64,000 nt of DNA. Origin: Nitrospira japonica. GTDB lineage: Bacteria > Nitrospirota > Thermodesulfovibrionia > Thermodesulfovibrionales > DYHX01. The notes under the pieces were generated by a model. The model was not told the DNA's origin, searched no databases, and saw only the letters and a program-made list of their open reading frames with translations. The DNA lies in the NCBI GenBank assembly GCA_020723925.1, contig DYHX01000001.1, positions 5,687 through 69,686 of the forward strand. Direction: 5' to 3'. A program made the position numbers and the translations under genes. Positions 1 to 7,999 of this stretch are shown in pieces. Every line of letters starts with the position of its first letter. The stretch's first letter is position 1.

Positions 1-2
1 TT

Positions 3-593
3 GCAGTGCAAAAGGTTACGCCTGAACTCGCAGAGAGCTTCAAGCTGGGCGAGAGGCACGGTGCCCTTGTGGCCGATGTTGTGAAGGACTCCCCTGCTTA
101 CAAGGCAGGGATAAAAAGAGGTGATGTAATCACAGAGTTTGCAGGGAAAAAGATATCTGATATGCATGAACTCCCAAGGCTTGTTGCATCAAACCCTATC
201 GGTAGTAAGGTATCCATGAAGATTGTAAGGGATGGTAAACCTGTAGAGCTAAACGTGACGATCAGCAAGCTTCAGGAGGAGGTTCAGTCAGCAGAGGTGC
301 TGATTGCAGATAGACTCGGCATTAAAACAAAGACCATAAACCCCGAGATTGCCCATCAGTTTGGAATCATGGACGGTGGGGGAGTGCTTGTCACAGAGGT
401 GATTCAGGGTGGCGTTGGAGAGAGCGAAGGGATACAGGCTGGAGACATCATCCTTGAGGTTAACAAGGAGAGGGTTAATTCGACAGATGAGACAGCCACA
501 ATCGTTAAGTCTCTGAGACCAGGTGAGAATCTCCTGCTACTCGTTAGGCGTGGGAATGGTTATATATATTTCAGCTTTAGATTGAAGGGATAA
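3..593 (+). CDS. HtrA/DegP-family serine protease, C-terminal PDZ region (5' end cut by window edge)
   Basis: ORF is open at the window start. It has two PDZ-like segments (GALVADVVKDSPAYKAGIKRGDVI; GVLVTEVIQGGVGESEGIQAGDIILEVN). Confidence 0.75.
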   Translation, partial: AVQKVTPELAESFKLGERHGALVADVVKDSPAYKAGIKRGDVITEFAGKKISDMHELPRLVASNPIGSKVSMKIVRDGKPVELNVTISKLQEEVQSAEVLIADRLGIKTKTINPEIAHQFGIMDGGGVLVTEVIQGGVGESEGIQAGDIILEVNKERVNSTDETATIVKSLRPGENLLLLVRRGNGYIYFSFRLKG

Positions 594-979
594 TGTTTGA
601 TTTAGGCATACAGGAGCTTATCGTAATATTTATAGTTGCCCTTATTGTCTTTGGACCAAAAAGGTTGCCTGAACTCGGAAGAACCCTTGGTAAGGGCATC
701 ATGGAACTCAAGAAGGCAGTTCAGGGTGTTAAGGAACAGATGGATGCAGAGATAGAGGAAGTCCATAAGCCGATAAAAGACAGTCAAGAGTCGATACAAT
801 CGGTCATTAATCAAGAGTCAAGAATCGAGGATATGGAGTCAGGCCTTACAACTGATGACTCGCGACTAATGACTGACAACAGAGATGATAACACAACCGA
901 GGGTGTAGAAAAAGATATTCCAGGGGACGGGAAAGAGACTGCCGGGTTAAGGAACAAGGGGGAGGAAGAGAAGGCGTGA
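593..979 (+). CDS. Twin-arginine translocase TatA/TatB-family protein
   Basis: N-terminus MFDLGIQELIVIFIVALIVFGPKRLPELGRTLGKGI is the TatA/B TM-hinge-amphipathic helix signature. It has an acidic tail and sits directly upstream of tatC. Confidence 0.85.
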   Translation: MFDLGIQELIVIFIVALIVFGPKRLPELGRTLGKGIMELKKAVQGVKEQMDAEIEEVHKPIKDSQESIQSVINQESRIEDMESGLTTDDSRLMTDNRDDNTTEGVEKDIPGDGKETAGLRNKGEEEKA

Positions 980-1758
980 CAACAGATGAGAAGATGCCTT
1001 TAACAGAACATCTCTCTGACCTCAGAAAGAGGATTGTTGTTTCTCTGGTTGCCCTTCTCGTAGGCTTCATAATCTCTTTCAATTTCTCTGAGGAAATCTT
1101 TAAACTATTAACCCTGCCAATGCACTCTAATATCTCGTTTAAATATTCATATCCTTTTATTGCATTTATCCCGAAAGAAGGGCAGAACACATCATTAGTT
1201 TTTCTTGCACCTGCTGAGGCATTCTGGATGCATATGAAGGTTTCTTTGATAGCCGGGCTTATGCAATCATTGCCGGTAATACTTTATCAGTTATGGAAAT
1301 TCATATCTCCTGGTCTCCTCCCTAAAGAGAGAAAGTATGTCGGGCCCTTTGTTGTGAGTGCTACAGGGTTATTTATGTTCGGTGCCTTGTTTTGTTTTGC
1401 TGTTGTGCTTCCTTTTGCTATGGGATTCCTCTTAACTTACAAAACTGGCTCTATGACACCGATGATTTCTGTAGGGAACTATATTGATTTTTGCCTGAAG
1501 TTTATACTTGCCTTCGGAGTTGTATTTGAACTTCCAATAATTATTCTATTTCTTACCCGTATGGGCCTGGTTTCCACAAAGACCCTCGCAAAAAACAGGA
1601 AATACGCTGTTCTTTTAGCATTCGTTGCGGCAGCATTTCTTACCCCAACCCCTGATGCCTTCAATCAGCTATTAATGGCTGTTCCAATAATATTTTTATA
1701 TGAGATAGGGATATTGGTTTCGAGAATCTTTGCCAGAAAGAAGCCAGGAGATGCCTGA
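976..1758 (+). CDS. tatC: Twin-arginine translocase subunit TatC
   Basis: PLTEHLSDLRKRI N-terminal motif and six hydrophobic segments, coupled to the Tat gene upstream. The ATG at 994 is an alternative start. Confidence 0.9.
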   Translation: MTTDEKMPLTEHLSDLRKRIVVSLVALLVGFIISFNFSEEIFKLLTLPMHSNISFKYSYPFIAFIPKEGQNTSLVFLAPAEAFWMHMKVSLIAGLMQSLPVILYQLWKFISPGLLPKERKYVGPFVVSATGLFMFGALFCFAVVLPFAMGFLLTYKTGSMTPMISVGNYIDFCLKFILAFGVVFELPIIILFLTRMGLVSTKTLAKNRKYAVLLAFVAAAFLTPTPDAFNQLLMAVPIIFLYEIGILVSRIFARKKPGDA

Positions 1759-2029
1759 TGTAAGGGGAAAGAGTTTTAAGGCAGTCGCCCATGACATATC
1801 AGAAGGTTACGTAGTAGTCAATCCGATATTCCTCAAGCCATTCGATGCTGATTCTCTTAAGAAACTTTATCATGAGATAATGAAGACGGGAGCAGAAATC
1901 CGTGGAGAGAAGTTCCCATACAACGATGTGCAGGCAATCAGGTGGAGGAATATGAGGCTTCAGAGGCTGCATTCTGCTGCAATGATAATTAAAAACTTTG
2001 CAAGAGACAAGAGAATATCTCTTATATAA
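1730..2029 (+). CDS. Hypothetical small protein
   Basis: 99-aa ORF on the same strand as its neighbours, with no motif I recognise. The start is more likely the ATG at about 1751. Confidence 0.3.
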   Translation: MPERSQEMPDVRGKSFKAVAHDISEGYVVVNPIFLKPFDADSLKKLYHEIMKTGAEIRGEKFPYNDVQAIRWRNMRLQRLHSAAMIIKNFARDKRISLI

Positions 2030-2060
2030 AACGATATGAGACGTAAAATTCAATAAATTC

Positions 2061-3701
2061 ATGGAAACAGCCGAAGACATAAAAGCAGCGAAGGAGATAA
2101 TCCATGCAATCCTCAGGACCAAAAAGAATCTCAGGATGTATCCTGAGAACAACCCGATCTACGCCAGGACAATAGGAGACACATATACAAGGTTCAGAAG
2201 TTTCTTTAATTACAGAGATGAATTAAATCTTAAAATCAACCAGAACGATATTTTATACGACTCTGAACAGATATACTACAATCCAGGGAAAGACGACAAC
2301 CTTGCCTTTTTTTTCTTTAAGGACGGCCTGAGGGAGATAACCTTTAAGAATGGGCTCTCCGAGACAGAGATCGAGGAGTTTCTGAAGATCCTATCGCTTG
2401 ATTTTGATAGGGAGTTTGTCGACGATGATATTGTTACACTTCTGTGGGAGAGGGATTTCCAGAATATCAGGTATGTTGTTGATGAGGCATTTCTTGCAGA
2501 AGACGAGGACTACGAGACCGAGGCAGTAAGGGAGATAAAAGAGAAGGCACCAGATGCAGATGAGCTGCTCAAGGCGTATGATGATGCCTTTAAAGCGGAT
2601 GAGGTTAAAGGTGTCTCGATAGTACCGCTGACAGATGATCACCTTCATTCTCTTGCGAGGGAACTCGAAAGAGACGTCTATGATAAGACAGACAAACTAG
2701 TTGAAATCCTATTTGAGATGCTCTATCAGGCCGAGAGTGCCGGTGACTATGAAGACGCACTCAACTTCCTTGAGGGTGCGATAGAGTTTTCAATAAGACA
2801 CGGAAACATGGAAACTGCCAGCAGCATAATGAAAAGGGCAACGGGTCTGATTAATGACCCATCATTACCCGATAATGTTAAAAGACAGATGCGCCTCCTG
2901 TTTTCTTTCCCGTCCTCTGGCGAGATGATAAAGTTACTTGGTGAACTCCTTGACAGCGTTGAAATAGATGAGAAAGTATTTGATGAATACGTCAGATTCC
3001 TTGACAAAAATGCCATACCGCCATTTATAACGATATTAGGGGAGCTGAAGAGTATCAACGCGAGGAAGAATGTTATCAACGCATTGACTTTTCTCGGTGG
3101 AAAAGATATACGCGCCCTTGCAAGTGGTCTGCAGGACTCCAGATGGTATGTCGTCCGGAATATAATTTACATACTGAGAAAGATAGGAGACAAGAAGGCT
3201 GAAGAATATCTGCTCAAGGCAGTCAGGCACAGTGATGTCAGGGTCAGGAAGGAAGTTATAAAAACTCTCGGTGAGCTTGGAAACCGTGGGGTACTGCAGA
3301 CATTAAAGGACTGCCTTGAGGACCCGGAGAGTCAGGTGAGGATTTCTGCTGCAAGGGCACTCAGCAATATTGCCCCGGAGGTAGCAAAGAGGATAATCCT
3401 CGAAAAGGTATCAGGGAAGAATTTTATGGACAGGGACCTCGACGAGAAGAAGGAATTCTATGAAATCCTCTCCCAGTGGAAGGATGGCGATGTTGTTGAT
3501 TTCCTGATGAGGACTCTGAAAAAGAAGTCTTTTTTCAGGGGTGCAGTAAACGATGAGAACAGGGCATGTGCAGCGTACTGTCTCGGACTGATGGGCAATA
3601 AAGATGCACTCCCTGTGCTCTATGAATTGAGAGATTCGAAGAATGAACTTTTGAGGGAGTACGCTTATACTGCAATCAAGAGAATAGAGTATGGCCGATA
3701 A
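2061..3701 (+). CDS. HEAT/PBS-lyase-repeat protein with N-terminal domain shared with the next gene
   Basis: C-terminal half carries repeated HEAT-like units (RWYVVRNIIYILRKIG; HSDVRVRKEVIKTLGELG; DPESQVRISAARALSNI). It overlaps the next ORF by 11 nt. Confidence 0.7.
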   Translation: METAEDIKAAKEIIHAILRTKKNLRMYPENNPIYARTIGDTYTRFRSFFNYRDELNLKINQNDILYDSEQIYYNPGKDDNLAFFFFKDGLREITFKNGLSETEIEEFLKILSLDFDREFVDDDIVTLLWERDFQNIRYVVDEAFLAEDEDYETEAVREIKEKAPDADELLKAYDDAFKADEVKGVSIVPLTDDHLHSLARELERDVYDKTDKLVEILFEMLYQAESAGDYEDALNFLEGAIEFSIRHGNMETASSIMKRATGLINDPSLPDNVKRQMRLLFSFPSSGEMIKLLGELLDSVEIDEKVFDEYVRFLDKNAIPPFITILGELKSINARKNVINALTFLGGKDIRALASGLQDSRWYVVRNIIYILRKIGDKKAEEYLLKAVRHSDVRVRKEVIKTLGELGNRGVLQTLKDCLEDPESQVRISAARALSNIAPEVAKRIILEKVSGKNFMDRDLDEKKEFYEILSQWKDGDVVDFLMRTLKKKSFFRGAVNDENRACAAYCLGLMGNKDALPVLYELRDSKNELLREYAYTAIKRIEYGR

Positions 3702-5094
3702 AGAAGAAAAAGAAGTCATAAAAAGTGCAAAAGATATAGTAAACCAGCTTGCGGTTATTATCAAGACCGCCCATTTCCATGACCCGGGGAATGTTGCTGT
3801 TGTAACTGCAATAGATAGATTTGTTGCTCTTGCGAACTCGCTTATTGCTTCAGAGGGGACACTCGTGCTTGAACTCATTGGAGAGTTCTTCTATGTAAAT
3901 GGGACGAGGATAAAGTATTCTCTGGAGTATCTGCTTAATTTTGATTTCCTTGGAAGGGAGTTCAAGAAGAGAGAACTGGGCAGTATTATTTTCAGGAATG
4001 CTATAAAGCCGGCAGATATACAGGCCTTTCTCAAGGCATTCATCGCTTCAGCCTTCTCTCAGAACCCGTTCGAAACACTCACGGAGAATTTAGCTGATGT
4101 TGACTGCTTGATTATTGGGAAGCCCAAAAAGCTCAAGGAAGAAGGAGAGTTTGACGTCCGCAGGATGGTCAAGAAAACCTATTTTAATGCGGCCTCATAC
4201 ACAAAGGGCATTATGAATCGGATAAAGTCAGGTGAAAAGGTGAGCATAAAGAAAGCCAAGAGAGTAGTTGAGTCAATGGTGGACCTTATACTCGAAGAAG
4301 AAGAGCTGCTTCTTGGCATGACTGCTATTAAGGGTCATGATGAGTATACCTATTACCATTCAGTGAATGTGAGCATACTTTCTGTTGCCCTTGGTCAGAG
4401 GCTCGGGTTAAGCAGAAAGAGTCTGACAGAGCTCGGTTTGGTTGCGTTGTTTCATGATATGGGCAAGATAGAAATACCAGATGAAATCCTGAATAAGCCG
4501 ACCAACTTTACTGAAGATGAATGGAGACTTATAAGGAGGCATCCTTTCTGGGGTGTAAGGGCTATATTGAGACTGAAGGGACTCGATGCAACAGCCATAA
4601 GGTCTGCCATAGTTGCCTTTGAACACCATATGCATTATGACTTCTCTGGCTATCCAAAAGTAAGAAGACCGTCCGAACTTGATTTTTATTCAAAGATAGT
4701 GAGTCTTGCTGACCAGTATGATGCGATGACCTCGTCAAGGGTTTATTCAAGAATCCCGATGTCCCCTGACAAGGCGTTAAGCATTATGATGGAGAGGACA
4801 GGCACACAGCTAGACCCCCTGCTATTCACGTTCTTTATTAACATGGTTGGCGTCTTCCCTATAGGGACGCTTGTCATACTTGATACAAAGGAACTCGGTC
4901 TTGTCTATAAAAGCAACTCTTTATTTCCTGACAGGCCGAGGGTTCTTGTCATTATTGACAGTAAGGGAAGCAGGGTGGAGGGTTATGTTGTTGACCTTAC
5001 TGAGAAGGACGCTGGCGGTAAATATCTGAGAACTATCCTTAAGACAATGGACCCTAATAAATACAAGATTAATCTTGCGGAGTATCTCTTGTGA
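3691..5094 (+). CDS. HD-GYP-type metal-dependent phosphohydrolase (probable c-di-GMP phosphodiesterase)
   Basis: HSVNVS...ALFHDMGK...RRHP...HHMHYDFSGYPK motifs (HD ... HHxxxDGxGYP-like). Confidence 0.8.
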   Translation: MADKEEKEVIKSAKDIVNQLAVIIKTAHFHDPGNVAVVTAIDRFVALANSLIASEGTLVLELIGEFFYVNGTRIKYSLEYLLNFDFLGREFKKRELGSIIFRNAIKPADIQAFLKAFIASAFSQNPFETLTENLADVDCLIIGKPKKLKEEGEFDVRRMVKKTYFNAASYTKGIMNRIKSGEKVSIKKAKRVVESMVDLILEEEELLLGMTAIKGHDEYTYYHSVNVSILSVALGQRLGLSRKSLTELGLVALFHDMGKIEIPDEILNKPTNFTEDEWRLIRRHPFWGVRAILRLKGLDATAIRSAIVAFEHHMHYDFSGYPKVRRPSELDFYSKIVSLADQYDAMTSSRVYSRIPMSPDKALSIMMERTGTQLDPLLFTFFINMVGVFPIGTLVILDTKELGLVYKSNSLFPDRPRVLVIIDSKGSRVEGYVVDLTEKDAGGKYLRTILKTMDPNKYKINLAEYLL

Positions 5095-5095
5095 C

Positions 5096-7999
5096 CTACA
5101 ATTCTATTAACCTTTGTGCATGGGTGAAGAATAGATAACTTTTTGCCTTCACAGACAGAATCTTCTCAACTGCGCTTCTGTAAATCTCCATCTGAAATCT
5201 GTATTTTTCTGTAAGCTCAGGGAGCTCGCTGTCCTTTATCGGGAAGGTCTTGTAGTCATAGATAGTTGCCATATCATCTTTAACAACTATCCTGTCTACT
5301 CTACCTCTGAAGATTGTGTTGCCTCTCTGAAGCATAAATGGAAGCTCTGCATAAGAGTTTTCCTTTGGAAGTATCACATCTCTTAGAAATCCTGACTTCT
5401 CGAGCTTTTCAAAATTCTTTGTTATAATCTCCTTAAGTCTTTCGATATTCCCTTTGTTTGGAGTCTCATCCCTTAAGAGGATGATTGACCTCTTTTCTAT
5501 CTCATCAGGATGTATAACGCCTTTTGATAGCTCCTCAAATAGTCTGTGAAAGACCCTGCCCAGCACAAGCCAGTCCTCACCATGTTTTACACGAATATCT
5601 ATATCTTCTGTCACATCCCGCCATTTCAGGATTGGCTCGTATGCGATTGGCCCTGTATATATCGGTTCTGCCATGAATGGTTCTGAAGGCAAGTGACGAG
5701 CGACGAGTGACGGGTGACGAGTGAAGTATATCTCATCTATCTGGGATTCATTCATGATCTTCAGAATGTCCATTTCAGGATTAATCTGTCCATCCTTTAA
5801 AATTCCAGAGGTATCTGCGATATACGCAAGCCTTCCAGTTGGCGGTTTTTCTCTCTTTAATGCCCCGAGCATGCAGAGGAAATCCCTTGCCCTTGTGACA
5901 GCAACATAGAAGAGTCGTTTTTCCTCTTCGATCTCTTTTTCTCTTCTCCTCAAGAAATGTTCGATCTTCTTCCTTTTTGTAGAATCTTCCTCGTAGGCGA
6001 TAGAGATCTTACCTCCATCTTCATCGATGACGATGTGGCTGCTCTTCGGAACATTGTCTTCATCAAGGGACGGGAGGAATACCATGGGAAACTGAAGACC
6101 CTTGGTAGCATGCACGGTCATAATCTTAACAGCATTCATCCCCTCTGTATTTATATTAGCCTTTCCCTCATCACCCTGCCTTGCCCTTATGAGCTTCTCC
6201 CGGATGTCAAGGCATGAGAACCCCTGAGACTCATACTGTTCAATAAGCTTTATAAATTTTTTTATGTTCGCATGTCTCTGCTTTTCCCAGTAATAACGCC
6301 AACCTCCTGTCTCTGAAAGTACATCCTCGAGAAGGACTGCGAGGGGTGTGTGCTTGCTCTTTTCAATCCATCCTGTGATTAGATTAAATGCATCCTTGAC
6401 CTTTTTGTTTGTGGATGATTGGATTTTTTCTATCAGGGGCTGGTCACCTTTGTGGATCAACTTGAACAACGTCTCATACTCGATCCCAAAAAACGGGCTT
6501 CTCAGGACGCAGAATAAGCTGTAGTCATCCATAGTGTCTATGATAAAGGACAATAGCTCCCTTAATGCGGCAACTTCAGGCTCATCGTAAAACCCGATGC
6601 CTTTTACAACGATAAAGGGTATTCCCTCCTTTCTCAATGCATCCTCGAATGTGGCGAGGTGTGTTCTTTTTCTTAACAGGATTGCCATGTCACCATAGGC
6701 ACAATGCCTCTTTATCTCTCCATCGAATATCTCATAATGGCCAATGAGGGACTGTATCCTCTTTGCAAGGGCTGATGCCTCTTTCCCACGGTTCTCTTTT
6801 GTGCTTTCAGCAGCATCTATCAAGATAAGCTCCACACGTCCATCGCCCTGCCTTGTTGCCTCAAATGGTGCATATCTGGTTCTCCAGCTTTCATACAGGG
6901 TAGGGGGCATCAATCTCTCGAAAAGGTTGTTCGTGAAATTGATGATAGCAGGCAGACTCCTGTAATTTTTTCTGACCTCCTCAAAATGGTATTCCCTTCC
7001 GAGCCATTCAGAAAACCTCTCCTTTGCCTCCTGAAAAACACTCAAATTTGCGCCCCTGAAGAGATATATGGACTGCTTTTCATCGCCCACGAGAAATATA
7101 GTTGGAGTCTTCCCTGAATCCCTCTTTGAGCCAATTCCTGAGCGCCACTCTTCAGTGAGCTTGTCAATTATCTTCCACTGAAGAGAGCTCGTATCCTGAA
7201 ACTCATCCACAAGGATGTGGTCTGTGTGTTCATCAAAAGAATAGAGTATATTCTGCCACTCAGTATTCTTTGCGATGGCCTCGTATGCAAGTAACTCGAG
7301 GTCATCGAAATCAAGGAGATGCCGTTCGAGTTTTTTATCGGTGTATCGTCTTAGACATCTCGAATATAATTCAAGTATCTTCTTTTCTTCTTCTCCCTCG
7401 ATGAAGTGGTTTTCTTTTAGTATGAGCTCTGGATGGGGTCTTCTGCTGTGCAGATCATTGAGGATGCTCGAAAGCCTGTCCCAGCCTTTGATGCCCCTGT
7501 TTTTCATCATCTCAAAGAAGAGGTCAGGGCTGTCCTTCTCTTCTATCAAGCTTTCATAAACAGACTCTGACCAGAGAAGGGATGCATTGAATTCATCCAT
7601 CACATCAAGAGAGGGGTCAAGGCCAAGCTCCATAGAAAACCTCTTTAGAATCTTAAAGCAGAATGCGTGTATTGTGGATATGCGCATCAGAGGCATCTTC
7701 TCACGAATCTTGAAGAATAAGTCTAAATTCTCTTTTTCGAGGATCTTCATTGTCCTTTCCTTCATCTCTGAGGCAGCCTTTTCTGTGAATGTGATGCATA
7801 GGATTTTTTCGATCTCAGAGCCTCCGAGGAGCAGGCTGATGTATCTCCTTGCCAGCTTTTCAGTCTTCCCGGAGCCAGCAGGGGATGAGATGATCACGCT
7901 TTTAGTTATGTCGAGATACTTTTCCATATTGTCGTTATCCCTTCCCCTGTATATACGGACAGTATGGCCTTTCTGAACAATTCCTGCATGTCTGTTCAT
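5096..7999 (-). CDS. addA: AddA-like UvrD/Rep-family helicase-nuclease
   Basis: Walker A SPAGSGKTEKL, DEFQDT helicase motif II and a C-terminal PD-(D/E)XK-like GRVDRIVV...IYDYKT. The likely true start is MEKYLD at 7927, just after the addB stop. Confidence 0.8.
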   Translation of the reverse strand: MNRHAGIVQKGHTVRIYRGRDNDNMEKYLDITKSVIISSPAGSGKTEKLARRYISLLLGGSEIEKILCITFTEKAASEMKERTMKILEKENLDLFFKIREKMPLMRISTIHAFCFKILKRFSMELGLDPSLDVMDEFNASLLWSESVYESLIEEKDSPDLFFEMMKNRGIKGWDRLSSILNDLHSRRPHPELILKENHFIEGEEEKKILELYSRCLRRYTDKKLERHLLDFDDLELLAYEAIAKNTEWQNILYSFDEHTDHILVDEFQDTSSLQWKIIDKLTEEWRSGIGSKRDSGKTPTIFLVGDEKQSIYLFRGANLSVFQEAKERFSEWLGREYHFEEVRKNYRSLPAIINFTNNLFERLMPPTLYESWRTRYAPFEATRQGDGRVELILIDAAESTKENRGKEASALAKRIQSLIGHYEIFDGEIKRHCAYGDMAILLRKRTHLATFEDALRKEGIPFIVVKGIGFYDEPEVAALRELLSFIIDTMDDYSLFCVLRSPFFGIEYETLFKLIHKGDQPLIEKIQSSTNKKVKDAFNLITGWIEKSKHTPLAVLLEDVLSETGGWRYYWEKQRHANIKKFIKLIEQYESQGFSCLDIREKLIRARQGDEGKANINTEGMNAVKIMTVHATKGLQFPMVFLPSLDEDNVPKSSHIVIDEDGGKISIAYEEDSTKRKKIEHFLRRREKEIEEEKRLFYVAVTRARDFLCMLGALKREKPPTGRLAYIADTSGILKDGQINPEMDILKIMNESQIDEIYFTRHPSLVARHLPSEPFMAEPIYTGPIAYEPILKWRDVTEDIDIRVKHGEDWLVLGRVFHRLFEELSKGVIHPDEIEKRSIILLRDETPNKGNIERLKEIITKNFEKLEKSGFLRDVILPKENSYAELPFMLQRGNTIFRGRVDRIVVKDDMATIYDYKTFPIKDSELPELTEKYRFQMEIYRSAVEKILSVKAKSYLFFTHAQRLIEL

